In this document: positions 1 to 9,099 of the stretch, in pieces
How the letters are laid out: each line of letters begins with the position of its first letter
Numbering within the stretch: position 1 is the stretch's first letter
DNA from: Minisyncoccota bacterium
GTDB lineage: Bacteria; Patescibacteriota; Minisyncoccia; Phycocordibacterales; UBA1006
Reading direction: 5' to 3'
Assembly: GCA_035426405.1 (NCBI GenBank)
Contig: DAOLZR010000001.1
Span: forward strand, 1-25,314
DNA length: 25,314 bases
Made by a program: the position numbers and the translations under genes
Notes under the pieces: model-generated
The model's input: only the letters and a program-made list of their open reading frames with translations
What the model was told of the DNA's origin: nothing
The model's database searches: none

Positions 1-1260
1 ATTAAAACAATTCAGGATAATCAGTTTCAAAGTCCACTTACAGAAAGTTGGCTTGGAATTACAGCCGAGGCAGTTGATGCACAGACTGTGAAAATTACTT
101 TGCAGCGACCTTTTTCTGGATTCCTAGATGCAGCTACTGTTGGTATTTTACCCGCACATATCTGGGGAACCCTTACTGTTGATGAATTTCTTGCAAGTAA
201 ATACAACACATTTCCAATTGGAACAGGTCCGTATAAGGTCAACAATGTTTCAAGAGATAAAAACGGTTTAGCAAACGAATATAATATGAGTGTTTTTACA
301 CGATTCGCATTAGGTAAAGCCCTTATTAATCATATAAGTATTGTACTGTATCCGAATGAGCAAGAACTATTGAATGGTTATGAATCTGGAGACTTTGATA
401 TGCTCGCAAATATCCGACCATACGAGATGAGTAAAAAAAATACTAATTATCGGATCACAGATGAATTACCTCGAATGTTTGGATTATTTTTAAATACCGA
501 GAAGAATGAACTATTTAAAGACACAGTACTCCGAGATATAATTAACGATACTATTAATGTAGATGAAATCATAAAAAGTGTTTTCCAAGGTTACGCTACA
601 CCTATCAGTCACCCATTATCTGAAGTTTCAGAGCATTCAGCAAAGAATTCAATCAATCTGGCGGAATCAGTAAAACGACTAGATACTGCGGGTTGGAAAT
701 TGAATCCTGAAACAGGAATTCGTTCTAAATCTGGAAAAGTACTGAGTTTTAATATAAGCACCGCTGATACAGCAGAGCTAAAATACACAGCACAGATTAT
801 TCAAAAACAATTAAGAGAAGTCGGTATCGAAACTGAACTACAAGTATTTCAATTAAACGATCTTGAAAATTCTGTTATCAAGAAGCGTTCATTTGATGCA
901 TTATTATTTGGACAATTCATTCGAAATGATGCTGATCTGTATGCGTTTTGGCATAGTAGTCAAAAAGATTCAGGTGGGTTAAATATCACTGGATATTCAA
1001 ATAAGAACCTTGATTCGATGATTGAAAAGTTATTTGGAACTACTGATGAAACTACTCGAATACAGACTCTTACCACTATAAAGAATGAACTTTCTGGAGC
1101 GCCTGTTATTTGGCTCTATCGACCAGATTTCATTTATGCATTACGCCGTCCGGTATACGGAATACACCTTGCCAACCTTATTAGTAAACACGATCGATTT
1201 GCAACTATCCATCAATGGTATCTGCAAACTGATACGGTTTGGAAATTATTTAACAAATAA
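1..1260 (+). CDS. ABC transporter substrate-binding protein, family 5 (OppA/DppA-like), 5'-truncated by window edge
   Basis: Frame +1 is open from base 1 (IKTIQDNQFQSPLTESWLGITAEAVDAQTVKITLQRPF...), so the track start at 88 is internal. SBP family 5 motifs: GILPAHIW, PIGTGPYKV, LDTAGWK, FDALLFG, NITGYSN. Confidence 0.88.
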   Translation: MKTIQDNQFQSPLTESWLGITAEAVDAQTVKITLQRPFSGFLDAATVGILPAHIWGTLTVDEFLASKYNTFPIGTGPYKVNNVSRDKNGLANEYNMSVFTRFALGKALINHISIVLYPNEQELLNGYESGDFDMLANIRPYEMSKKNTNYRITDELPRMFGLFLNTEKNELFKDTVLRDIINDTINVDEIIKSVFQGYATPISHPLSEVSEHSAKNSINLAESVKRLDTAGWKLNPETGIRSKSGKVLSFNISTADTAELKYTAQIIQKQLREVGIETELQVFQLNDLENSVIKKRSFDALLFGQFIRNDADLYAFWHSSQKDSGGLNITGYSNKNLDSMIEKLFGTTDETTRIQTLTTIKNELSGAPVIWLYRPDFIYALRRPVYGIHLANLISKHDRFATIHQWYLQTDTVWKLFNK

Positions 1261-1299
1261 ATAAATAATTTCTCACAACAATTAAACATATTATAATTT

Positions 1300-3309
1300 A
1301 TGAACACTCAAACACAATCTAATACTCCAAGCGAAACATCGACCCGACCAAACGCAGGTTATCAACCGCGACATGGTGGGCACACATCTTCTCCTCGAGG
1401 TAATAATTATCCGCCAAAACGGACTTTGGATCAGTCACTTGAAATGTTGGCTCATTCGACGACTATTCAAAAAACAAACCCATCATCTGGACCTGGCCCT
1501 GCGCCAAGAGGTAATTTCCGCAATAATGACCGACGGTCTCGATTTAATGATCGTGGACCGCGTAATTTTGGACCAAGTAATCAGCAAAATGAATCTCGGT
1601 ACGAGAAAAAACCAGATGTTATTCCACCGCTTGCACCAGGCGATATTCGTATCATCCCATTGGGTGGAGTAGAAGAAATTACAAAAAACATGACGATGAT
1701 CGAATATCGCGATCAGATTGTTATTATTGATGCCGGAATACAAATGGGAGACAGTGGCCCTGGTATTCAAACAACTATCCCAGACACAGGATATCTAGAA
1801 GAACGAAAACACATGATTAAAGCAATGGTGATTACTCATGGTCACTTGGACCACATTGGAGCCATTCCTTTTGTTATGGAGAAAATTGGAAATCCGCCTA
1901 TTTATACTCGTGAATTTGGTGCAATTTTAATTAATAAACGCCAAGAAGAATATCCACATCTTCCACCTTTAGATATTCGTATCGTAGAAAAAGATGAAGG
2001 AGCTGTGAGACTTTCTGAGGATTTAAAAGTGCGATTCTTTGGACTAACTCATAGTATTCCAGACTCGACTGGTGTCATTATTGAAACACCACATGGAGAC
2101 ATCGTTTCAACAGGTGATGTTCGTGTAGAAAATATTGAAGGCGTTCCAGTTGATCACGAAGTTGAACAATATAAATTCTTTAAAGATCGAAATGTTCTCT
2201 TAATGACAATGGACTCGACTGGAATCCCAACACCAGGATGGTCACTAGCCGAATCAATTGTTATTAAAACGGTTGATAAATTGATCGGAGATACAAAAGG
2301 ACGACTATTGATTGCAGCTTTTGCTTCCCAAGTAGAACGATTGATCCAATTTATGGAAAGCGCAAAACGATATGGACGATATGTTGTCGTAGAAGGACGA
2401 TCAATGAAAACAAACATTGCTATCGTAAAACACTTAAACCTTACTAACTTGGACCATGTTATTCCTGTAGAAGACATGCATAAATATCCACCTAACAAGA
2501 TTTTAATTCTTGCTACTGGTGCTCAAGGTGAACAGTATTCGTTACTTGATCGAGTTTCAAACGGAACACATAAATACTTGAAATTAACAGAACACGATAC
2601 AATTATTTTCTCTGCATCTGTTGTTCCTGGAAATGATCGTATTGTAGACGCCTTGAAAGATCGTATCTATCGATTAAATCCAAAGGTTATCACTTATGCC
2701 GATACACAAGTTCACTCATCTGGACACGGTCGTCGAGCAGAACTTGAATGGGTACATACTCAAATCAACTATAAATTCTTTATGCCGATTCACGGTAATC
2801 ATTACCGCTTGAAAATGCACCGAGATGTTGTACTTGCATTAAAACCTGAAAAAACTATTGATGATATTATCGTTCCAGATAATGGAACCATCGTTGAAAT
2901 TCGTGAGAACGGGACTAAGTTAGTGAAATTGGATGTACGCGCTTCGCATGATCGAATCGTAATGGATGGTAACTATATTGGTATCGCCCATGAAGTAGTA
3001 TTGCGAGATCGTAAAGTAATGAACGAAGAAGGTATCTTTACTGTAATTGTGGCACTAGATCAGCGAACTCATGCATTGAAAAAATCACCTGATATTAGTT
3101 CGCGAGGATTCGTCTATTTACGAGACAATCAAGAATTACTCCATAAAGTTCGAGGACTTGCTAAAAAAATTGTCGAGACAGAAACCGAAGGCGGTCGTCA
3201 ATTAGACATCAGCAATCTGAAAGACTTGTTGTCAGATAAAATTCAAAAGTTTTTATTCCAAAAAACTGGGAAAAAACCAATTGTTACAGCAGTTATTATT
3301 GCATTGTAA
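1300..3309 (+). CDS. rnj: Ribonuclease J (MBL/beta-CASP) with ~105-aa disordered N-terminal extension
   Basis: IIPLGGVEEITKNM, THGHLDHIGA metallo-beta-lactamase motif, HSIPDS, VEGRSM, HSSGHG, PIHGNHY, C-terminal PDISSRGFVYLR typical of RNase J. Confidence 0.96.
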   Translation: MNTQTQSNTPSETSTRPNAGYQPRHGGHTSSPRGNNYPPKRTLDQSLEMLAHSTTIQKTNPSSGPGPAPRGNFRNNDRRSRFNDRGPRNFGPSNQQNESRYEKKPDVIPPLAPGDIRIIPLGGVEEITKNMTMIEYRDQIVIIDAGIQMGDSGPGIQTTIPDTGYLEERKHMIKAMVITHGHLDHIGAIPFVMEKIGNPPIYTREFGAILINKRQEEYPHLPPLDIRIVEKDEGAVRLSEDLKVRFFGLTHSIPDSTGVIIETPHGDIVSTGDVRVENIEGVPVDHEVEQYKFFKDRNVLLMTMDSTGIPTPGWSLAESIVIKTVDKLIGDTKGRLLIAAFASQVERLIQFMESAKRYGRYVVVEGRSMKTNIAIVKHLNLTNLDHVIPVEDMHKYPPNKILILATGAQGEQYSLLDRVSNGTHKYLKLTEHDTIIFSASVVPGNDRIVDALKDRIYRLNPKVITYADTQVHSSGHGRRAELEWVHTQINYKFFMPIHGNHYRLKMHRDVVLALKPEKTIDDIIVPDNGTIVEIRENGTKLVKLDVRASHDRIVMDGNYIGIAHEVVLRDRKVMNEEGIFTVIVALDQRTHALKKSPDISSRGFVYLRDNQELLHKVRGLAKKIVETETEGGRQLDISNLKDLLSDKIQKFLFQKTGKKPIVTAVIIAL

Positions 3310-3310
3310 T

Positions 3311-3344
3311 AAACAAAAGAACTCCGATTGGAGTTCTTTTGTTT
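3311..3344 (+). terminator. Intrinsic terminator after rnj (possibly bidirectional)
   Basis: Perfect inverted repeat aaacaaaagaactcc-gatt-ggagttcttttgttt starting 2 nt after the rnj stop. Confidence 0.85.
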
Positions 3345-3355
3345 TAATCAAGGTA

Positions 3356-3466
3356 TAACAAACAAGATGAGTTGTAATTTTATTCGCCTCCGTGCCTGAT
3401 ATTCGTTCTTTACGGATGTGACATTCATACTCGGCTTCATAAAATTACAACTCATCTTGTTTGTTA
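3356..3466. repeat. Palindromic element copy 1: perfect 28-bp arms around a 50-nt structured core
   Basis: 3356-3383 taacaaacaagatgagttgtaattttat is the exact reverse complement of 3439-3466. Core 3386-3435 matches core 3515-3564 at 43/50 positions. Confidence 0.9.
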
Positions 3467-3492
3467 AAACGGTTTACAAAGCAAGGCATGTG

Positions 3493-3588
3493 GAAATTAT
3501 TATTTATTTTTCTTGTCTGCGTGCCTGATATTCGTACTTAACGCAGGTGACATTCATACTCGACAGCGCAAAATATACAGATTATTTC
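3493..3588. repeat. Palindromic element copy 2: same core, different and degenerate outer arms
   Basis: Core 3515-3564 gtctgcgtgcctgatattcgtacttaacgcaggtgacattcatactcgac. Flanks are imperfectly complementary to each other (gaaatt...tgtc / gaca...atttc) and unrelated to the arms of copy 1. Confidence 0.8.
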
Positions 3589-3622
3589 TTTGAATACTTA
3601 TACATGAAAAATAAAGAGAATG

Positions 3623-3631
3623 TGTTATAAT
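3623..3631 (+). promoter_or_regulatory. Extended -10 promoter (TGtTATAAT) for the MFS gene, near-leaderless
   Basis: TGn-TATAAT ends 8 nt before the ATG at 3640; no Shine-Dalgarno. Confidence 0.65.
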
Positions 3632-3639
3632 TTATAAAT

Positions 3640-4785
3640 ATGAAATCTGGTTTAAAATTATTATATGTTATTGGATTTATTTTCTCCCTGCATACAGCAC
3701 TCATAATGTATAGCAACTCCTCGTTCTTGAATCAATTTATTCCTGAATCGTATATGGGATTGTTGTATTCTGCAGGATCGTTACTTGCGATTTTTGGACT
3801 CGTTATGATTCCAAAATCAATTTCAAAATTTGGATCCAGAGTTACTATGTTTGTTTTACTACTTGCAACTATCGCCGTATGTATCATCAATATCGTTGCA
3901 ATGAGTCCAATTACAATTGCAATTGCATTTTGTTTCTTATTTGCAATGAATGTCATGTTTTTTCTTACTAACGATATTCTAATTGATCAACTTGGGAACA
4001 ACGCATCAATGGGATCAATCCGTGGAAAATACCTCACAGTGTTAAACACGGGATATGTATTAGCACCACTTGCAACAGGTTATATATTAGCGCGTATTGG
4101 GTTTCCAGCCTTATATACTGTCGCAGCAATACTATTAATTCCCCTGGTTTGGCTCGCATTTTTTGTCCCATTATCGCCCCAGGTTCACGAATCTAAAATA
4201 AATATTTTCACATCACTTCGAAAATTATGGAAAACGCCCGACATTCGAAATATTATGTTTGCAAATTTTATCTTGCAATTCTTTTATGCATGGATGGTAA
4301 TTTATACACCAATTTATTTACATACAGAAATCGGAATTCCGTGGGACAGTATTGGAACCATGTTTTCAATTATGTTATTTGCCTTTGTATTAACCCAAAT
4401 TCCACTTGGAAAACTTGCAGATAAAGTATTAGGTGAAAAGGAGTTATTATTTGTAGGCTTTATTGTTATGAGCGCAAGTACTATTGCATTATACGCTCTA
4501 CCTTATTTTACTCTTCCCTTGCTTGCCTTGATTCTATTTATCACAAGACTTGGTGCCAGTTGCGTAGAAGTTATGACCGAGACTTATTTCTTTAAAAAAG
4601 TTTCACCATCTGAAACTGGTATTATTAGTATTTTCCGAAATACTTATCCAATTTCATATATTATTGCGCCCATTATTGGATCCGGAATTATTGCTCTTGG
4701 TTCGACAAAACATTTGTTTTTAGTGCTCGGAATTATTTGTCTAGCAGGACTATTCTTTATAGTTCCCATTCGCGATACATTATAA
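3640..4785 (+). CDS. Major facilitator superfamily transporter
   Basis: About 12 hydrophobic segments; MFS loop motifs SISKFGSR and LGKLADKVLGEKE; substrate unknown. Confidence 0.88.
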   Translation: MKSGLKLLYVIGFIFSLHTALIMYSNSSFLNQFIPESYMGLLYSAGSLLAIFGLVMIPKSISKFGSRVTMFVLLLATIAVCIINIVAMSPITIAIAFCFLFAMNVMFFLTNDILIDQLGNNASMGSIRGKYLTVLNTGYVLAPLATGYILARIGFPALYTVAAILLIPLVWLAFFVPLSPQVHESKINIFTSLRKLWKTPDIRNIMFANFILQFFYAWMVIYTPIYLHTEIGIPWDSIGTMFSIMLFAFVLTQIPLGKLADKVLGEKELLFVGFIVMSASTIALYALPYFTLPLLALILFITRLGASCVEVMTETYFFKKVSPSETGIISIFRNTYPISYIIAPIIGSGIIALGSTKHLFLVLGIICLAGLFFIVPIRDTL

Positions 4786-4788
4786 TCT

Positions 4789-5517
4789 ATGGAAAAATTA
4801 TATAAACAGTCTTTAATAATAAAAATCATTGCCGTTGTTACGATGATTATTGATCATGTAGGCGCGCTCTTTTTCCCACAGATATTGTTGCTTCGAATTA
4901 TTGGACGACTCAGTTTTCCATTGTTTGGATTGTTAGTCGCAGAAGGATTTGATAAAACGCATAACAAGAAAAAGTACCTGTTTCGAATGTTTTGTTTTTT
5001 TCTAGTCTCGCAAATTCCCTATTATCTGACATTTCATGATGGTCAGCTGAATATATTTGTAACACTTTCCATTGGATTATCTACGATCTGGATTCTGACC
5101 GAGAAAAAATTAGAATTATTCTTTAAGGTATTATTCACTGCTTGCTTGTTGTTTATCGCATTTATATTACCCATCAATTATGGACTTGCCGGTGTTATTT
5201 CCATCATTTCTTTTTATTTCTTAAAGAATTCACCTTGGAAATTATCTATCGCACAAATTGTTATTTGGTCAGTGTATATTGGGTTTTCAATCTTGAATGG
5301 AATGTTTGATAATGAACTCATCAATTATAAAAACGAGATTACTCAACTAGTTGCAGTCCTGGCAATTCCAATTATTTATTTAATTAAGAAATATAGCATA
5401 ACCACGGAGTATTTCTTGATTTCACGAACAAAAAAATATCTTGTTCAATATGGATTTTATTTATTTTACCCTGTGCATTTATTATTACTCTTTGTACTGA
5501 CCTTATTAATACAATAA
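4789..5517 (+). CDS. TraX-family membrane protein (putative acyltransferase)
   Basis: IKIIAVVTMIIDHVG...LRIIGRLSFPLF...AEGF..T.NKKKY...R, and C-terminal FYLFYPVHL match the TraX family pattern. Confidence 0.85.
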   Translation: MEKLYKQSLIIKIIAVVTMIIDHVGALFFPQILLLRIIGRLSFPLFGLLVAEGFDKTHNKKKYLFRMFCFFLVSQIPYYLTFHDGQLNIFVTLSIGLSTIWILTEKKLELFFKVLFTACLLFIAFILPINYGLAGVISIISFYFLKNSPWKLSIAQIVIWSVYIGFSILNGMFDNELINYKNEITQLVAVLAIPIIYLIKKYSITTEYFLISRTKKYLVQYGFYLFYPVHLLLLFVLTLLIQ

Positions 5518-5548
5518 AACCACTTCATTCCCCAGAATGAAGTGGTTT
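5516..5548. terminator. Bidirectional intrinsic terminator between convergent genes
   Basis: aaaaccacttcattc-cca-gaatgaagtggtttt perfect 15-bp stem with A/T tracts on both sides. Confidence 0.85.
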
Positions 5549-5554
5549 TATTTT

Positions 5555-6229
5555 TTATATCTTCTTTTCATCAACAATCTGTCCGTCAGACAAATAAATT
5601 ACTCGATTACAATATCTCGTATATTCAGGCTCATGGGTAACCATAATAATTGTTTGGCCTTGGTTGTGCAAATCTCTAAACACATCCATTACTGACTCAC
5701 TAGACACATTATCAAGGTTTGCTGTTGGTTCATCTGCAAATAGAATCTTTGGCTTGTGAGCTACGGCTCTCGCAATCGATACGCGCTGCTGCTCACCTCC
5801 TGACATCTGACTTGGTAAATTGTTTTCTCGATGTGATAATCCAATCTGCGCAAGTGATGCACGGGCAATTTCTGTCGCTTCATCATCTGATTTTCCTTGC
5901 ATTAATAAGGGAACAATCACATTTTCAATTGCAGTAAGTTCTGGAACTAATGCATAGTCTTGGAATATATAACCAAGATTTTCTAAACGAAATCGTGTGC
6001 GATCATCGTGATTCAAACTTGTTGCATTTATATCATCAATAATAATATCACCTGATGTTGGATGATCCAGTAATCCAAGTTGGTACATGAATGTAGATTT
6101 TCCCGCACCGGATTTTCCCATGATTGCAATGAATTCACCTTGTTCAATTTGTAATGAAACATCCTTTAAAACCCGTGTTTCCACAGATCCGTTTTTGAAT
6201 GTTTTTACGATGTGTTGTGCTTTTATCAT
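5555..6229 (-). CDS. ABC transporter ATP-binding protein (MacB/LolD-like)
   Basis: Walker A GKSGAGKST, GYIFQ Q-loop, MSGGEQQRV signature, ILFADEPTANLD, IMVTHE. Confidence 0.95.
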   Translation of the reverse strand: MIKAQHIVKTFKNGSVETRVLKDVSLQIEQGEFIAIMGKSGAGKSTFMYQLGLLDHPTSGDIIIDDINATSLNHDDRTRFRLENLGYIFQDYALVPELTAIENVIVPLLMQGKSDDEATEIARASLAQIGLSHRENNLPSQMSGGEQQRVSIARAVAHKPKILFADEPTANLDNVSSESVMDVFRDLHNQGQTIIMVTHEPEYTRYCNRVIYLSDGQIVDEKKI

Positions 6230-6237
6230 AAGTTTTA

Positions 6238-7494
6238 TTATCGTCCCAAAATACTATCTAAAGTATTCTTCTTTACAATCATGCGTGCTGGAATATATCC
6301 TGCAAATAATGTAACGATTAACAATAAGAAGAATCGAATCATGGTTCCGCCAATTGGAGCCGACAGAATTCCATCAGAGAACGGGAAATCAAGTGGGTGC
6401 GCATTAAGTAACGGGACAAATACAGTATAAATTAAAAGCATTCCAAGGCCTGCACCAATTACTGCATATACAAATGATTGCAGCACATACGAAAATTCAA
6501 TTGCACCTGATGTAACACCAATTCCTTTTAAGATTCCAATGTATTTTCGTCTTGTTACTGCGTTAATAAAGATAACAATAAAAATAGTGATTGACGCAAC
6601 CACAATTCCAATAAACCCGATTACATTTCCAAGTAGACCGAACGCAAGCTTGATCTGATTCAAGAAATCTGGGATTGCTTCGGTTGCCGTTTGAATTAAT
6701 CCAAATCGATCAAATCCATAATTCACTAATGTTGATTTTAATGCATCATCCGTGATACTTCCGTCTGTTGCGATTGCAATTTCATCCGCATTCAGACTTG
6801 GTCGTTCTACAAATTGTAAGAAGTCTTGTTTTGTAATAAATGCCCGAAAGGAAACCTCGCCTACTTTTGATTTCACAATTCCTTTTACAATAAACTCTTT
6901 TGTTTTTCCATTTGATGTCACTTTTACACGGTCACCTGGATATACTCCGTCAAGCGAGCCAAATCCATCGCCAAACGCACTTGAGAACCGACGGAGTAGT
7001 GTTGATCCCATTAATATATAACCACTTTCGTTGGGGTCAAGGTATTCACCTTCTAACACATACTTTGAAAGATTTGTTAAATCATCTTCCTGTTTAACAT
7101 CTATTCCAAGTAATGATGAGCCTACCGTATCGCGTTCTGTATTAAAATCTCGTCGTGTTAAATAGTTTGCTTCAAATTGTGCACCAGTGCTATATCGCTC
7201 ATTCCATTTTGTTACACCAGGAATCGTTGGAATAGTGGCCAAAATATTTTGAGTATTTTCAATATATGGGTCGCCTGATAATTTTGTTAAAATTACATTA
7301 CCAGTATATTGTTTACGATTGGCAATATTTCCTCCATCTATTAACCCAACTAAAATCCCTGAAACAACCACCATATTCAAGAATGTTAACATCATAATAA
7401 ATACGATCAAAAGCGTCGTCCAAATGTTGGCACGGCGCAATTGTCGCGTTCCCAGGAATGTTCCTACTTTGATTGTGGTAAGAAAATTTTGCAT
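6238..7494 (-). CDS. ABC transporter permease, MacB/FtsX family
   Basis: One N-terminal TM, large extracytoplasmic domain, three C-terminal TMs; RRKYIGILKGIG and YIPARMIVK motifs. Confidence 0.92.
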   Translation of the reverse strand: MQNFLTTIKVGTFLGTRQLRRANIWTTLLIVFIMMLTFLNMVVVSGILVGLIDGGNIANRKQYTGNVILTKLSGDPYIENTQNILATIPTIPGVTKWNERYSTGAQFEANYLTRRDFNTERDTVGSSLLGIDVKQEDDLTNLSKYVLEGEYLDPNESGYILMGSTLLRRFSSAFGDGFGSLDGVYPGDRVKVTSNGKTKEFIVKGIVKSKVGEVSFRAFITKQDFLQFVERPSLNADEIAIATDGSITDDALKSTLVNYGFDRFGLIQTATEAIPDFLNQIKLAFGLLGNVIGFIGIVVASITIFIVIFINAVTRRKYIGILKGIGVTSGAIEFSYVLQSFVYAVIGAGLGMLLIYTVFVPLLNAHPLDFPFSDGILSAPIGGTMIRFFLLLIVTLFAGYIPARMIVKKNTLDSILGR

Positions 7495-7501
7495 GATAAT
7501 A

Positions 7502-8995
7502 CTATTTTGGAACTATTTCTGAAACAATATCGCCCGCTGATAATCCTGAGATAATTTCAGTCATACCATCTGAACCTCTAATTCCCTGTTTAATTTCGCG
7601 TTCTACGATTTTATTTTCAGCATTCACAACTTCAACAAAATATTTTCGAGCGACCTTGTCTTCGCGAATATAACTACCCGGAATTGCAAGAACTCCATTT
7701 TTCTCACCAATTTTAATAGTTACGGTTGCCGTCATTCCAGAACGAATTCGAGAATCTTTGTCGGTAAACAATACGGTTCCTTCGTATACTGGTACACCAT
7801 CTACAATTGTTTCTGCAGGGTTAATTGTTGTCAGTGTTCCTAAAAAGTTTACATCTGGACCATATGCATCCAGATTAATCGACACCGGAGTATTTGCAGA
7901 AACTCGCGCAACATCAATTTCAGGAATTTTTATAATAACCTTATATTGATCTGTCGCAAGCATTGAAACTCCAGGCGAAGTATCTTTCGAAATACCAATT
8001 GTTGATTCTCCAGTCTTTAGTCCTACAGATGAAACTGTTCCAGCAAAAGGAGCGACAATCTTTCGTCGAGTAAGTGCTGATGAAATTTGATTGATTGTTG
8101 CTTGTGCTTGATCTATTCGAGCATTTAATAATACTGATTCGTTACTACCTTCGTTTCCAACCGCAACATTTCTTGACGCGACAGCTGTATCGTAGGCACT
8201 TTTTAATCCAGCGTAAGCTGATGAACGATCATTAGGAACTGGAATAATCCATTTTGTATATAAATAATCTGAAGATGCTGGAAATTGGATATATAATCCT
8301 TTTGTACCAAGAACAACCCGATTATCAATTGTCAGTTGTGTTGTTCCAGATTCAAGTCCTGAAAATTGGACCGATGCTCCTGTTGATGCATTTGAAGGAT
8401 ATACATTCAAATAATACGCACCATTACTATCACCTTGATATGATCCATATACTGTTGGTGCAACCTGGGGCGCAAAAACATTATCAGGATATGCTTCTAG
8501 GCTTCCATATAATGCTCGTTTTGCAGTTTCTACACGAGAATCTTGTTCTCGACTAACTGTGTTTATATTTGCACGCGCAATAACTAACTCTGCGCGAGCA
8601 CTTTTTAACTGAGCAAGTAAGTCACCCATTTCAAGCTCGGCTAATACTTGACTCTGCTTTACTTGTTGACCTTCGGTTACAAATACTCGACTAACGCGAC
8701 CTGAGTCTGCAAATCCAAGATCTACTGAACTAATTGATTCTGTTCGTCCTGAAAGAACTACTTGATCGATGATGTTTTGAGTTGAAACTGTATATGGATT
8801 AACTGGCATTCCAGATTTTGAACCACCAAGAATAATTAATAAAATTATTATTGCAATAATAACCCCTAAAATGGTTTTTTTACGATGATTCTTCCATGCA
8901 GATTTAGATGTTTCTACTACAGTAGTTTTACCTTGAATACTCGTTGTTTTCGCTTTTTTAAGACCGTCTTCCGCCCATTGTCGTAATGTTTTCAT
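7502..8995 (-). CDS. Efflux periplasmic adaptor / membrane fusion protein (MacA/HlyD-like) with beta-rich insertion; alternative start 9013
   Basis: N-terminal TM, lipoyl halves SGRVSRVFVTEGQQVKQSQVL and IVAPFAGTV, RIRSGMTA, GVLAIP. Start at 8995 preferred because TATAAT (9005-9010, minus) lies inside the longer ORF. Confidence 0.9.
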   Translation of the reverse strand: MKTLRQWAEDGLKKAKTTSIQGKTTVVETSKSAWKNHRKKTILGVIIAIIILLIILGGSKSGMPVNPYTVSTQNIIDQVVLSGRTESISSVDLGFADSGRVSRVFVTEGQQVKQSQVLAELEMGDLLAQLKSARAELVIARANINTVSREQDSRVETAKRALYGSLEAYPDNVFAPQVAPTVYGSYQGDSNGAYYLNVYPSNASTGASVQFSGLESGTTQLTIDNRVVLGTKGLYIQFPASSDYLYTKWIIPVPNDRSSAYAGLKSAYDTAVASRNVAVGNEGSNESVLLNARIDQAQATINQISSALTRRKIVAPFAGTVSSVGLKTGESTIGISKDTSPGVSMLATDQYKVIIKIPEIDVARVSANTPVSINLDAYGPDVNFLGTLTTINPAETIVDGVPVYEGTVLFTDKDSRIRSGMTATVTIKIGEKNGVLAIPGSYIREDKVARKYFVEVVNAENKIVEREIKQGIRGSDGMTEIISGLSAGDIVSEIVPK

Positions 8996-9036
8996 ATGGT
9001 GGTTATTATACATAATTTGAGAGTTTTGTGAATTAT

Positions 9037-9063
9037 AAAAACACTCTTTGAAGGAGTACTTTT
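9037..9063 (-). terminator. Possible weak intrinsic terminator after the SDR gene
   Basis: Minus-strand aaaagtactc-cttcaaa-gagtgtttt; stem needs two G-U pairs that form only in this orientation. Confidence 0.4.
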
Positions 9064-9099
9064 AATTCACACTTGCCACTATTACCGCAAGAATTACTC

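Noticed and set aside
1-1260. Peptide-binding protein without permease genes
   Set aside because: The gene is cut by the window edge, so upstream context cannot be judged.
3352-3470. Palindrome copy 1 as an integron attC site (..taac / gtta.. ends)
   Set aside because: The arms are perfectly complementary with no extrahelical bases, the R boxes fit RYYYAAC/GTTRRRY poorly, and there is no integrase or cassette array.
3386-3564. Cores as CRISPR repeats, a hammerhead ribozyme or a tandem riboswitch for the MFS gene
   Set aside because: Only two copies of 50 nt, with no cas genes. CUGAUA is not the CUGANGA/GAAA hammerhead core. The likely MFS promoter lies downstream of both copies, so they are probably not in its 5' UTR.
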